From Octopus sinensis (taxonomy: Eukaryota), in the NCBI RefSeq assembly GCF_006345805.1, contig NC_043003.1, positions 21,142,001 through 21,206,000 on the forward strand: a stretch of 64,000 nt of DNA, read 5' to 3'. The notes below the pieces were generated by a model. It saw only the letters and a program-made list of their open reading frames with translations. It did no database searches and was not told where the DNA came from. The position numbers and the translations under genes are program-made. This document shows positions 36,085-49,529 of this stretch, piece by piece. Positions within the stretch are counted from its first letter, which is position 1, and every line of letters starts with the position of its first letter.

Positions 36085-36976
36085 GACAAAGTCGACCTCG
36101 GCAGAATTTGAACTTCGAATGCATAGACGAACGAAATGCTACAAAACACTTTGCCCAGCGTGAATAACGATTCTGCCAGCTCGCCGATTAGAATCTTGAA
36201 TTATCATAAACACTACTCCATCGAATAATTTATAAGTTCGTAGTATGAATTTCCTGGGACGGCAGCGAGCTGGCAGGATCGTTACAGCTACTAGACAAAA
36301 CGCTTAGATGCATTCTTCCGACTTTACTTTCTGAGTTCAAATTCTGCCGGGGTAGACTTTGCTCTTTATCCTCATTTCGGGATCGATTAAATAAATATCA
36401 GTTGAGCACTGGGATTCATGTAATCGACTTATCCCATCTCCCGAAATGGCTAGCCTTGTGCCAAAATTTAAGCCAATATAAATTTCTTGATATTCTTATA
36501 CAGAGTTGTTTCCCCTCCAACGAAAATTTTGAATTGCAATTTACATGAGATGGTTTAGGGTAAATAATCGTCAGCAACTTATATATTTTCAAAATGTAAA
36601 AAAAAAGGGGGGGGGGATGTAGCTTGGTTTTAAGACTTTAAAACATTTCTTTTTAATTACGAGTTGTTAGAGACTTCAGTAGCAAGCATTTTCAAATTCA
36701 ACCAGATTTTAATGTTTACTCATTTACTTGTTTCAGTCATTTGACTGTGGCCATGCTGGAGCACCGCCTTTTTTAGTCGAGCAAATCGACCCCCAGGACT
36801 TATTCTTTGTAAGCCTAGTACTTATTCTATCGGTCTCTGTTTTGCCGGACCGCTAAGTTACGGGGACGTAAACACACCAGCATCGGTTGTCAAGCGATGT
36901 GGGGGAGGGGCAAACACAGACACACAAACACATACATACATGCATGCATGCATACATACATACATGTATGCATACA

Positions 36977-37010
<34 letters not shown>

Positions 37011-37964
37011 CATACATACATACAAACATACATACATATACATGTATATACGACGGGCTTCTTTCAATTTCCCTCTACCAAATCCACTCACAATAGTTTG
37101 GTCGGTCCGAAGCTATAGTAGAAGACACTTGCCCAAGGTGCCACACAATGGGGCTGAACCCGGAACCATGTGGTTGGTAAACAAGCTACTTACCACTGCC
37201 ACTCCTGTGCATATAGAGATTTTCTACGAAATATTTTCTAATTTGTTTTCCTTATGATTTTAACAACTAAAAGGTCTTTGTTTGCTTTCCATTATTGTTT
37301 GAAAACTTCCTTTATGATTGTCGGCTAAGCATTTTCAACATCAGTGCATTTTCAGGTGCAGGCATGGCCATGTGGTAAGAAGTTTATTTCCCAACCACGT
37401 GGTTGCAGGTTCAAACCCACTGCATGGCACTTTGGACAAGTGTCTTCTATTATAGCCCCAGGTCGAGCAAAGCCTTGTTAGTGTATTTGGTACGCAGAAA
37501 CTGAAAGAAGCCCATCTCACTAACACACACACACATATGTATGTATGTCTTTCTTTTTGTGTTTGTCTTTTGAATTGTTGGTTTGTTAACGTCACCATGA
37601 CTTAACAGTTTAGCAAGACAGACTGATAAAATAAGTACCAGACTTGATAAATATGCACTTTGGTCAATTTGTTCAGCTGTAACCTTCAAGGTGCTCCAGT
37701 ATGGCCACAGACCTATGACTCATTTTTTTGTCAACTATCTATCCCTACTTTGTTTTATATATATGTATATATATATATATTATATTTATATATTAATTTT
37801 TATTTGTTTATTTATTTATTTATTTATATTTCTATATATATATACATACTAGATTGAGGAAAAAGTTTGAGACGTTAAAATACTGAACTGAATGAACACA
37901 CACACACCACAAAAATATATAAAAAAGCATTATTTTAACATGGTGCACGAAATTTTGCCTCAAC

Positions 37965-38320
37965 CTAATCATCATCATCATCATCATCGTTTAGCGTCCG
38001 CTTTCCATGCTAGCATGGGTTGGACGGGTCAACTGGGGTCTGTGAAGCTGGAAGGCTTCGTCAGGCCCAGTCAGATCTGGCAGTGTTTCTACGGCTGGAT
38101 GCCCTTCCTAACGCCAACCACTCCGCGAGTGTAGTGGGTGTTTTTTACGTGCCACCAGCACAGGTGCCAGACAGAGCTGGCGAACGGCCACGAACGGATG
38201 GTGCTTTTACGTGTCACCGGCACGGGGCCAGGCGATGCTGGCAACGGACACGAACGGATGGTGCTTTTACGTGCCACCGACACGGGGCCAGACAGAGCTG
38301 GCAACCGGCCACAAACGAAT
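37965..38320 (-). mobile_element. RTE 3'-UTR-type element with three ~56-bp internal tandem units
   Basis: (CAT)n tail at the left; units gtgcttttacgtg(c/t)caccggcacggggccag...ctggcaacgg.cacgaacggatg at 38130-38320; CpG-rich. Confidence 0.75.
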
Positions 38321-38508
38321 ATATACACATATACATACAAAGTGAATGTAAAAGGATAATAGATTGAGGTAGGTACCATTCAAACACTCTAGTAACACTA
38401 GCAGAGTTTGAAGTGAACTAGTGTACGAGGGGGGGCTGAAAAGCTCCTGGCTTTAAGGCTATCATAAAAGGCCTGGCTGTGATAAGTGCATGACTCTGAG
38501 CTGGGAAT

Positions 38509-38887
38509 ATCTCTCTATATATAAAGCTGAAGTTGTCTGTGTATGGCAGGTTTGGTAGCCTTCAACTAACACTATCTCCTCCGAGACTCTGTGGCGCAAG
38601 TTGACCAAAATTGAGAGTATGATAGAAGAAGGCTTGCTCTTCCTTCCGTAGAAGACCATGTTAACACCAAAAATTATTTACATAAAAAAAGGTGCTTTTT
38701 TTCTATGAAAATCCTTATTTTTTACGATTCTTTGACTGCTGTGTCGCCATTTTTCGGTGTATTTCAACCAGAAAAATGTTCACTTAAAGAGAATAACAAG
38801 CTACATAATGCAAAATTTTTACTTTTCAAAAATTCCAATTCTAAAGGGTCGAAACAAACCCGAGCAATGCCGGGTGATACTGCTAGT
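38509..38887 (+). mobile_element. Non-autonomous Helitron-like element
   Basis: Starts atctctctatatataaagctgaag; ends cccgagcaatgccggg-tgatactgCTAGT. Confidence 0.75.
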
Positions 38888-39409
38888 ATTGAATAAAATC
38901 ATAATTAACAGATCCTCCTTTATTTTCTTTTATCCAAAGCCAGGAACTTTTCATCACTCCTTCAAATAATGGTTGAGACAGTTTTATAGTTTTAGTAGGA
39001 GACAATATGTGCTTAACGTAAAGGTATTGGGGAGAAATATGATATGGTTATAAAATCTGTTATCGGTATAACCACAGAGTGACCCTAATGTTTAGAGTTA
39101 GAAACCAGAGAAGGCTAAGTATTAAACTAGGTCAGAATATATTTCATCCACTAGCCTTAAGCAAAATGGACAGATATAATTTATGCAAGAGATATATGCA
39201 TTGAAAAATATTTACAACCCTAACAAAAGAAAGAATAGATCAAGGACTTTATGAGTTGACAAATTAAAGTACCAGTCGAGCACTGGGGTAGATATAATCG
39301 ACTACGGCCTCCCCACAAATTTCAGGCCTTGTGCCTATAGCAGAAACGATTATTATTACTATCGTTGTTGTTGTTTATTGAAGTGATTGGTGATGCGCAA
39401 TCCCACGCA

Positions 39410-40897
39410 GATCCAACCATGACAACCCCCACCTCATGTGATATATCATAGACAGGGTAAATAAAGAACCTAGCATGAGTGGGTCTCTGATCAATTTGAA
39501 TCAATCTAAAGCTTTTGATAAGGTCGACCACCAATATTTGGTGGCTGGTTTCAGTCCTGTCTTCTGTGACTGAATGACTGCAATGTACAGCAACACTAGC
39601 TCAGTAGTTCAGGTGAATGGTTACCTATCAGGACCATTCTGTCTGTCAAGGGTGTCCTCTCTCAACTCTTCTGTATGTACTGGCTCTTGAGTCATTACTG
39701 TGGAAATTGGAGGTATTGAGAAGCATCTCATGTGACAAAAATGTGGGAGAACCATGTCAGCATATGCAGATAACATCACTGTCATAGTGTTGACAGCAGG
39801 CAAAAAGGCCTGGTCAGCACTGCTCTAAAAGAATACGAGACAGTGACAGGAGCAAAAATTAACCCAGAAAAGTCAGTAGGCCTGCAGGTCAGCACCTGGT
39901 GAGGCAGGTCCATGCCGTCCAATAACATCGTGGGATGCTGGATGGAAGGACCAGTTAAATTACTCAGGGTCTGATTTGATCCAGATTTCTAGTTGGAGAA
40001 GAACTGGGATGTGGTGACAAACAGGGTAGCCAATCTCATCCAGAAATGAGTAGAGAGAAAGTTATCCCTGAAAGGTCAGGCAGAAGTGGTGAATACATAC
40101 ATCGTCTCTGTCATATATTATCGCCTGACCATTGTGCCTTGCTCCAGTTCATGTCTGACTAAACTGGAGCATGTACTTTTCCACTTTCTATGGAAGGAGC
40201 ACATTCCAGTTGTCAGGTACTCCATTTGCTGTCAACACCCGCTGAATAGAGGGCTGGGCATGCCATGGCTGATGATGTACCGACATGTGCTGAAGCTGCG
40301 ACATCTCCAGTGTTTCTTAGACAGTGAGCAGGTGTGGTTGCCATTTGTCAAACACGATTTCCCACAGCTCATCACTTTGTTTGAGCTGCAGTCCTGGATC
40401 AAACATAGACCAAGGCAGGGTGCCTGGCACCTAAACTGTTGTCAGGCACTCACAGTCCTCTGTCAATTAGACAATGTAGTCAATGGAAGTTCCACTCAGA
40501 CGTTCTATAGCGGTTTAGTGGTGGGCAAGTGTGACATTTTGGGGGAAACTCTGGGTATTAATGAGAATGAGCTAGCTGGTCTGTTCAGGAGGAATTTCAG
40601 GCAAGGGCCCATGGATAACTTCCAGAAATTTCTGGCCTGGCAGTACTACCAGGGGGCATTGCTGGTTCAGGATAAACTTTACAGGCATGGAAATGCTGTC
40701 AGCCAGGCTTGCTTGGGGCATGTGCAGAGCAACAAAACTGTTCTGCATGCTCTCATCTGATGCCTGAGTATTGCTGACTTATGGGTTTATGTTGAACACC
40801 TATCACATGTAGGACAGATCCAGCTATCAACTGAGTCCATCATGAAGATCACCCTGCTACCTTCCTTTGGCCGGGAAGGGCAGGCAGTGTTTCTTTG
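39410..40897 (+). mobile_element. L1/Tx1-clade LINE RT relic
   Basis: NQSKAFDKVDH, SAYADNIT, GAKINPEKS, KLSLKGQAEVVNTYIVS..FLWK...HPLNRGLGMP, and a decayed C-terminal zf-RVT-like region; multiple stops and frameshifts. Confidence 0.85.
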
Positions 40898-40899
40898 TC

Positions 40900-41990
40900 T
40901 GTTCAAATCCTAGCTTTCTATATATAACTCCCAGTGGATTACTCTTCCTAGGTTGATATGCCTTTCCTTGTATTCCTTCTGTGCCAGCATGCTATATTCA
41001 TTTACTATATGAGTAACACTTTCCTCTTTTAGTTTGCATAACCTACATTGGGAATCTATTTGGTTTTTGTCTATCTTAGCTTTTATCCAATCTTCTGTCT
41101 CCCTTTTCAGCTTTCCTTTCTGCAACCATTACCATGTCTCCCTACTACTATTTGCTACAACCAGTTTTGAGAATCTACTATCCTAAGCCTTCTCCTGCCA
41201 GTCAGATAACTTTTGTAATTTTTACTGCTTTTTAACCTCGTTTGACTTTTTGGTTTCTCTATATCTTGCTGTGACTCTAGCAGCTCTTAAACTTTCTCCA
41301 CTATTATCTACATAGGAGTCTATGTCTACTCTAGTGAGCTCTATGCAGTCTTCTACTGATATTAGCCCTCTTCCACCTTAACTTCTAGGTAAATATAATT
41401 TTGCTACTCCTGCTCTTGGAAGGAGTTCTCCATACGTATTGAATTCCTTGTCAGATTCTAGTACTCCTAGATACTTACACCAGTCTCCTTCTTTCAGTGA
41501 TTTTAATGTCTAGCCATCTGGTTATTGGATGCCTTCAGTGTTGACTACCTATCTTCTTTTCATGAATAATATTTCACATTTATCTATGCCAAATTCCATG
41601 CCTATATCTTTGCTGAAGAGTCTTACAGTCTGTATTAAGGAATCTATCTCATTTTCATTCTTACTAAAAAGCTTCAAATCATACATTCAGAGCAAATAAT
41701 TAATTTCCCCCTTACTATTTCTGAACTGAGGTGTGATCAAACATAAGACAAATATTAAAGGGAATAACGAGTCTCCTTTGAAAATTTCTCTCTTGATATT
41801 AACTTTCCCTAAGTAGAGATCTACTTTCCATTTATTCATGCTGAAGCTAATTAATTCTCTATGTTGTTTCTTATACTGAATATATTCAAACATTCACTTA
41901 TCCATGAGTGTGGGATCTTGTCATCGGCTTTCCTATAATCTATCCATGCTATTGTTAGATTTTTCTTTCTAGATTTTACTTCATTTAGAA
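40900..41990 (-). mobile_element. Degraded R4/Dong-clade LINE fragment (RT C-half to zinc knuckle)
   Basis: KVNIKREIFKGDSLFPLIFVLC, DIGMEFGIDKC and GKLKRETE...CRLCKLKEESVTHIV...LAQKEYKERH..IHWEL. Confidence 0.75.
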
Positions 41991-42579
41991 CTGTTTTATC
42001 TATGAATGGCATAGAAGCGGCTGTGTGGTAAGTAGCTTGCTTACGAACTACATAGTTCCGGGTTCAGTCCTACTGCGTGGCACCTTGGGCAACTGTCTTC
42101 TACTACAGCCTCGGGCCGACCAAACCCTTGTGAGTGAATTTGGTAGATGGAAACTGAAAGAAGCCTGTTGTATATACGTGCATATATATATGTTTGTGTG
42201 TATGTGTTTGTATGTCTGTGTTTGTGCCTCCAACATCGCTTGACAACCAATGCTGGTGTGTTTACTTCCCCGTAACTTAGCAGTTCGACAAAAGAGACAG
42301 ATAGAATAAGTACTAAGCTTACAAAGAATCCCTCTCAACACATGGCTATGATGGTTCCCCACTATTTCTGCTCATGATCAGAGATGCACATATCATCACC
42401 CACCAAGGGACATGCTCAACTGGTTACGGTCAAACAAATGACAAGTAAATCAGTGGTATTGAGCAGAATATTTGCTGTAGCCCATCTTTTATACCAAGAC
42501 AAAACAATATACATGATAACACTTCCAATCAGTTAAGATCAGAAGCCACAAGAGCCACTGCCTGGTACTGCATCAGGGC

Positions 42580-42589
<10 letters not shown>

Positions 42590-42616
<27 letters not shown>

Positions 42617-42620
42617 GTTA

Positions 42621-42660
<40 letters not shown>

Positions 42661-42694
42661 TATTATTATTACTATTATCATCATCATCATCATC

Positions 42695-42732
<38 letters not shown>
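42590..42732. repeat. Compound (TAT)n/(CAT)n microsatellite abutting the R4/Dong 3' end
   Basis: Read directly. Similar arrays at 44124-44153 and 44470-44612. Confidence 0.95.
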
Positions 42733-44077
42733 GTTTTTTCCTTCTTCAAATTTTCTTCCATTTCTCGCCGAGTGTTTTCCATGCACCAAGGGCAGAGAAG
42801 GGCATTGTATGCATTCCCAGATTACACGCGCAAATTCACAGATAGAATATGTATTTAAAAATTAATAAATAAATAAATTCATGGATGGATGTTATTTTCA
42901 CAGCGATAGTGCTCTTCTCAGTACATGAGCCGTTCCAGTTAATACGATTTTTTGCACTTCCTGTAGGGATGGTAAGCATGGAATCATTTTCAAATAGGTT
43001 TCAGTACCTTTTTTTATCATTCCTAGAGATCCTACAATCACTGGTACTGTAGTCGCCTTGAGATGCCACATTTTTTCAATTTCTATTAGCAGGTCTTTCT
43101 TTATATTTACTAATCTTGTCAAATTCTTTCACCGCTATATTGTGATCACAGGGAATACTCATGTCAATTAATAAACACGTCCTTTTTGTCTGATCTTTTA
43201 TAATAATATCCGGTTTATTAGCTTTTATAGTCCTGTCATTCTGCACAGGGAAGTCCCATAGAATCGACACATTTTCTCCCTCAGTCACAGCTTCAGCGGT
43301 TTTGATTTTATAATGCCGACATATTATCCAATGTAAATACTGGCCGACTCTGTCATGTCTTGCTTTATATTCTGCAGGTGCTAAAACTCTACACCCTGAG
43401 ATTAGGTGGTCTATTGTTTCAATCTCATCGTTACAGAATTGGCATTTTGGGTCAGCTCCATTTTTTATCACATTGGCTTGGTAGTTCCGGGTTAATAAGC
43501 TTTGGTCTTGAGCAGCTAATATGAAACCTTCACTCTCTGCTTTTAGCCTTGAGCTTCATAACCATTGGTGCGTGTGTTTCTGGTCGACATCAGCTTGTTT
43601 GCTACGGGCCACATACTTGCCATGGAGAGGTTTCTGTTCCCATCTGCTAGCTAAATTTTCATGTGCTTTTGTCTTTGCAATTAATTTTATTTTCTTTGCA
43701 GCTGCAGTTGGCACATTTCTTTCAGCCTGCTCAATCTGGTGGGTATCTAAGAGATCAGCAGCGAATTTTTTGCTCTCTTTGAGAATAGAGTGAAGTTTTT
43801 TAGGTCTTTCATGTTTTTCAACAAGTTCTAGCATCCAATCGTTGGTTGCTTCTAGGTATTTGGCTAGTCCGATTGTGGTGGTTTTGTATGTAAGTTCAAG
43901 CTGGATCAAACCTTGACCTCCCTGAGCTCTGGGAATGTAAAGGCGATTCACGTCTGCCTTTGGATGGTGCATCTTATTACAAGTCAGTAGCTTGTGGATT
44001 TTTCGGTCAATTTTCATTATTTCACTGGTATTCCAGTTAAGCACATTGAAGCTATTAAGAACAGCTGGTACTGCTAA
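42733..44077 (-). mobile_element. 5'-truncated R4/Dong-clade LINE with CCHC knuckle, restriction-like endonuclease and 3' UTR
   Basis: ORF pieces LNWNTSEIMKIDRKIHKLL..HHPKADVNRLYIPRAQGGQGL, CQFCNDEIETIDHLISGC, NKPDIIIKD..LLIDMSIP..KEFDKISKY and EIEKMWHLKATTVPVIVGSLG. Confidence 0.88.
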
Positions 44078-44119
44078 GGAAAGGAAAGGAATGCATATAA
44101 TAAGGTTTTAGCCATAAAT

Positions 44120-44153
<34 letters not shown>

Positions 44154-44473
44154 CGCCGTTATTAGACAATAAGAAGAGCACGATGCAATTTGTAATAGAG
44201 ATTGTTTATCCAACAGATTGAACAATATCTCAAAAGATCATCTGTTCTCTTTGGGTTCAAAATGAAAACAAAAAAAGAATGCAGGAAGACATTTTGAACC
44301 CAAAGAAGACACGCAATCTGTTGATATATTGTCCAATTTGTTAAATAAACAATCTCTATTACAAATTGTATCACACTCTTCCTAATTGTCAATTTACCTT
44401 CATGAAGAGCTACATCAATCTTTATGAATCCTCCTCCCCCTCCTTCTTCGTCTTCTTCTTCTTCTTCTTCTTA

Positions 44474-44516
<43 letters not shown>

Positions 44517-44543
44517 ATTATTATTATTATTATCATTATTATT

Positions 44544-44612
<69 letters not shown>

Positions 44613-44882
44613 TTTTCTTTTTCTCCTTATTATTATTTTCTTCTTTGATAATAACTTTCATTGGTCAAATTCCATTGTCTAATAAAGCACTATATGCCAC
44701 AATCACTCAATGTATTTACTTACATTTTAGTACAGATGTAAGACAACACATTTATATCATTATGCATGCACATGTTGCCCTTCCCTGCCTGGCCCAAATA
44801 AGCACATGTCTCCTTTTTCATAAAATCTGAACAAGGGTTGAATGTATCTTGATAATTACCTCCAAAAGTTTTGTCTATGTAT

Positions 44883-45254
44883 TTATTACCTCCACCTTAA
44901 CAAATGCAGAGGTATTGTTTTCAGTCGTACTTGTTTGTTTGTCCATGGACAAGATATCTCAAGAACCACTGGATGGATTTGGATGAAATTTTCAGGGATG
45001 TTTGGCCTTATGACTGGCACAAACTGATTAGATTTTGGGATCAATCTGGTACCGGCAAGGATTCTAAATTATTTAGCCTGTTTTGGGGGTTTTTTTTTGC
45101 TTAGTTTTTCTGAATGGTCGGGTTCATTTTTGGTATTCTCGTTTTTGAGAGCAGTCGAGTTTATTTCAGTTATTCTCATTTTAAAAATTATCTCTGGCTA
45201 ATCATTGAGAGAACATTGGTGTTACCTTGGCGGAGGTTTGTGCTCACAGACTGA
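44883..45254 (+). mobile_element. Helentron-associated (HINE/DINE-1-like) non-autonomous element
   Basis: 5' ttattacctccacc..gcagaggt hairpin, internal gtttgtttgtcc and gatggatttggatgaaatttt, and 3' subterminal inverted repeat ttggcggaggt. Confidence 0.55.
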
Positions 45255-46043
45255 ATACCTTTGTTATAGATTCACTCAAACAAGGGTGACTTGTGGCTAA
45301 ACAATAGCAACACTAACAAGAAGTTTATACATGAACAAGACCCAATTAAAGCCCTCAAATTTGTTAGCCTGCACAATCTTTGATGATCCCCCTTGATTAC
45401 TTCATATATCTTTTCTTTTAGTCTTTTACTTGTTTCAGACATTTGACTGTGGCCATGCTGGAGCACTGCCTTTAGTCAAACAAATCAACACCAGGACTTA
45501 TTCTTTGTAAGTCTAGTACTTATTCTATCGGTCTCTTTTGCCGAACTTCTAAGTTACAGGGATGTAAACACATCAGCATCGATTATCAAGCAATAGTAGG
45601 GGGACAAACACAGACAAACACACATACAAATATATACATTAACTGTAGAGTAATTTCCAGCCTCAGCCTACCAAAGGGAAGACATTTGAAAAATACACCC
45701 AAATATAATTTGTAGAACTTTATACATGCTCGATTTAGGTTGAGTGTTCTGTATCTAGTTCTGAAAATTGTGTTTTGTAAGCGACAGACTACGCTGACGA
45801 TCTTGCAGATATCTGCGTGTTTGCATACGTAGATATTAACAAGTGAAACCATTAGTACGTAGGTAATCGTTTTTTATTTCGGATATTTTCATTTGTCTTG
45901 TTCATTTTTACATTTTAGCATATTGGTGAGATTTTTCTTGAGAACACACTCTTCGTGGTAATGGCGATTTGAAGTCTATGTTTAGCATATTAGGTGTCCA
46001 CTTTAGTGGTCATTCCTCTTAATTTTATATATATCTATATATA

Positions 46044-46245
46044 TATCTATAATATAAAATCCATTCTGTCTGTGTGTGTGTCTTCTAGGATCTCGGGCAT
46101 CCTCCATCCGATTGCGCTCAAATTTGATATGTAGATACTGATGGTATCAGGGCGTGTATAAGTCTTGAAAAAATTACAAAAATCAATTCCAGGTGAGAAT
46201 GCGATCGATAAAGCCGTGGGAACGTGCATTTGTACACGCAAGTAC
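46044..46245 (+). mobile_element. Short Helitron-like element
   Basis: Starts atctataatataaaatccattctgtctgtgtg; 3' hairpin cgtgcatttgtacacg followed by caagt. Confidence 0.55.
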
Positions 46246-46436
46246 ATCAACTGCTGCAGTAGATACTATGTGTATGTGAGAAAAATGCATGGTGTCTCAA
46301 ATTTAGGTTAAATCAGTGTTTCTCAAAGGGGAGGCCTATGGCACGGTCGGACAAGTTGTTTTGAGAAAATTTGGTTTAAATGTTTGACAACTCAGCACTG
46401 TCTATTGGACGGGGGGGGGGGGGGGCATTTTGCTCG

Positions 46437-46468
<32 letters not shown>

Positions 46469-47817
46469 CACACACAATAGGCTTCTTTCAGTTTCTGTTT
46501 ACTAAATCTACTCACCACGCTTATATATATACATCATTTCCAAAACTATATTTCAAAAAAACTAGATTTTCTTCCAAGGAGATCCCAAATATTTCAGCTC
46601 TGATGTGTTACCTTATACAAAAGCACAAGTTAACCATGTTGGGCTATAACTCACATATAACAGCGATGCAGCAACTCACTCATGCATCCTAGACTGCACT
46701 CAAAACCAGGCCACTTGGCTGACTGACAAAAGATTCGATGACTAACACACTTAGCCAATGCAGTCTTCCTTTTCTTTATCCTTTCCGCCACTACTACCAC
46801 AGTCACTACTCCTCTAAACTAGCTCACTTGCATAATATCCCCTTCACCCAGGCCTGTCTATCATATTTGCGGCGTCTTGTCGTATATCCCACACTAAACA
46901 CTTTATTCAACCCTATTTCTTAGAACTGTAAACCTGCAATTCTCTCACTAGTCATGTTACTACTGTTGTTGTTTAACCCAAGATACTTTTGATCAAGCAG
47001 ATTTATGATTGATCATTCCATATTATTTTCAGAAAACACATCTTTTTCTATTGTACGATAAAGAGAGATTTTATGGGAATTTGCCTGCTATTTCTAGCAA
47101 GAGGAATGACCATGTGGTAGCTCTTTTATTGACTCATCCTTACTCATGTATTTCCGTCAAATGTCGATCTATAGATCGGCAAACTGAATAGCAATTGTAA
47201 TGATATTACTCATCAAAGATGATCTCCACAGGGAGTTGTTTCTTCCTCCTCCTCCTCCCCCTCAACAGTTGGATGACAAAACCACATTCCGTCTGTTTTC
47301 ATATGGCATATTCAGGACTTCACCTGTAGGAGCGGGCAAAAGATCAGGCATTCAAGAACAATGCTGGCTTAAACAAAGTCACTTAAAATATTTGTTCTGC
47401 ACTGGGTTATGTGCACTTCCTTGTCTCTCTTGTCATCAAAATGTCAGTGTATGCCATTCATTGATCCACCGAAAAAAAAATAATGGCTAACTGACTATGC
47501 TATTGTTCACTATTTATACATACCCTTTTCTCTTATATGTTACAATATATTCAATATAGTTTGTACAATGACTTAAATATATATATATATATATATATTA
47601 TATATGTGTGTATATATACACACATATACATATATATGTATATATACATAATATGTATATTAATTTCTTTTTTAAGCTTGGTATTTATTTTATCAGTTTC
47701 TTTTGCCAAACTGCTAAGTTACAGGGATGTAAACACACCAGTACCAATTGTCAAGCGGTGGGTGGAGGGCCAAACACAGACACAATACACACACACAGAC
47801 ACAATACACACACACAT

Positions 47818-47853
<36 letters not shown>

Positions 47854-48420
47854 ATCTGATTAATGGGAGAGACAGAAAATGGAAGATATAAGAATATCTA
47901 TTGATCACTACAATTGTTTCCACCCATTTAGCATCGATCCCTCACGGGTGGAATACTGAACAACTGGTTTAGGAACATCCATTGGTGTAGATGTGCCTTT
48001 TTAGGTGATTACAAGATGTATTTCATTAAAATAATGACAGGCTTCTTTGAGTTTGCATCTGTCAAATCCATTCACAAGGCTTTGGTCAGCCTGAGGCTAT
48101 AGTAGAAGACATATGCCCAAGGTGGTATGCAGTGAGACTGAACTCAGAACCATCTGGCTGGGAAGCAAGTTTCTTATGACACAGCCATGCTTGTGCTTAT
48201 TCTTTCAGTCATTTACTTGTTTCAGTCATTTGACTGCGACCATGCTGGAGCACTGCCTTTAGTTGAGCAAATCGACCCCAGGACTTATTCTTTGTAAGCC
48301 AAGTACTTATTCTATCAGTCTCTTATGCCAAACCACAAAGCGACAGGGACATAAACACACTAACATCAGTTGTCAAGCAATGTTGGGGGGACAAACACAG
48401 ACACACAAACATATACACAA

Positions 48421-48452
<32 letters not shown>

Positions 48453-49334
48453 ATATACGACAGTCTTCTTTCCGTCTCCCAAATCCACTCTCAGATCTAT
48501 TCACAAGGCTTTGGTCAGCCCAAGGCTGTAGTAGAAGACACTTTTCCAATGTGCCACGCAGTGGGACTGAACCCGGAACCATGTGGTTGGTAAGCAAGCT
48601 ACTTACCACGCAGCCATCACTTTAGAGAACTGTTCCATCCTTTCCCTTCAGGAATTTGTTAAATGAAAGTTTTTTAAAATCCGAAATTTTCCAGGCCTAA
48701 TTAGCATACCAAAGCAGTCATGCCAATAAAGTCACCTATGGTATTTTCTTTTTCAACAATGCCAGCATTTCAGGAAAATTTCATTTTATTAAAAAATATT
48801 TGTCACAAAGGTTTTCTTTATAGACTGAAACATAATTTATTGTGATATTAATAGGAAAGGTGTTCATGCCATACAATTACTCGAAATAATGAGATGAAAC
48901 AGCGTAATATGACACATAGGGAAAGTCTGTATTAGCAATTCAACATGGGGGTTATATTTTTTATAAACCAAGTAAATAGTCAGGTATCATGATGTCTCTT
49001 CTTCAATTATCCTCAATTGAATATGCAACTGTGAGAACAGTTATTCGGAGAGTGTACCACAACTTGACCCAAATCACTCTGAATTGGTGAGACTGGAGGC
49101 TGTCATGGTGGTTCAGACGTCCTGACTCTCTGCAAAATTGGCAGCTAATTTGACCATATTTATAGGCTGTGTTCACAGAAAGTTCTAGTTGGACCACCAA
49201 AATATCACTTGAACAACAGCCATTCTTAGGATAAATTCTTGGTCGTGCATATGTTCAAACTTTCACTGAATTGTAGCTTGAGATTCATGCGTGACAAAAC
49301 ATGGGATCAAATCTAATACTACATATTGATTTAA

Positions 49335-49510
49335 TTCTGTTGTGTCTGGGGGGAGTCATTCTCTGTTGGTGCCTTATAATTTAACACACTCACCGATAAA
49401 ATTTCCACTTATTTCTTTTTTATTTTTCTAAAATTTTTGGAAATTTTACCGATGAGTGTGTTAAATTATAAGGCACCAAAAGAGAATGACTCTCCCCAGA
49501 CACAACAGAA
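49335..49510. mobile_element. MITE with ~70-bp TIRs
   Basis: ttctgttgtgtctggggggagtcattctc...aaaatttcc / ggaaattttaccgatgagtgtg...ccccagacacaacagaa. Confidence 0.85.
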
Positions 49511-49529
49511 TATGCTTCAACACAAACTC

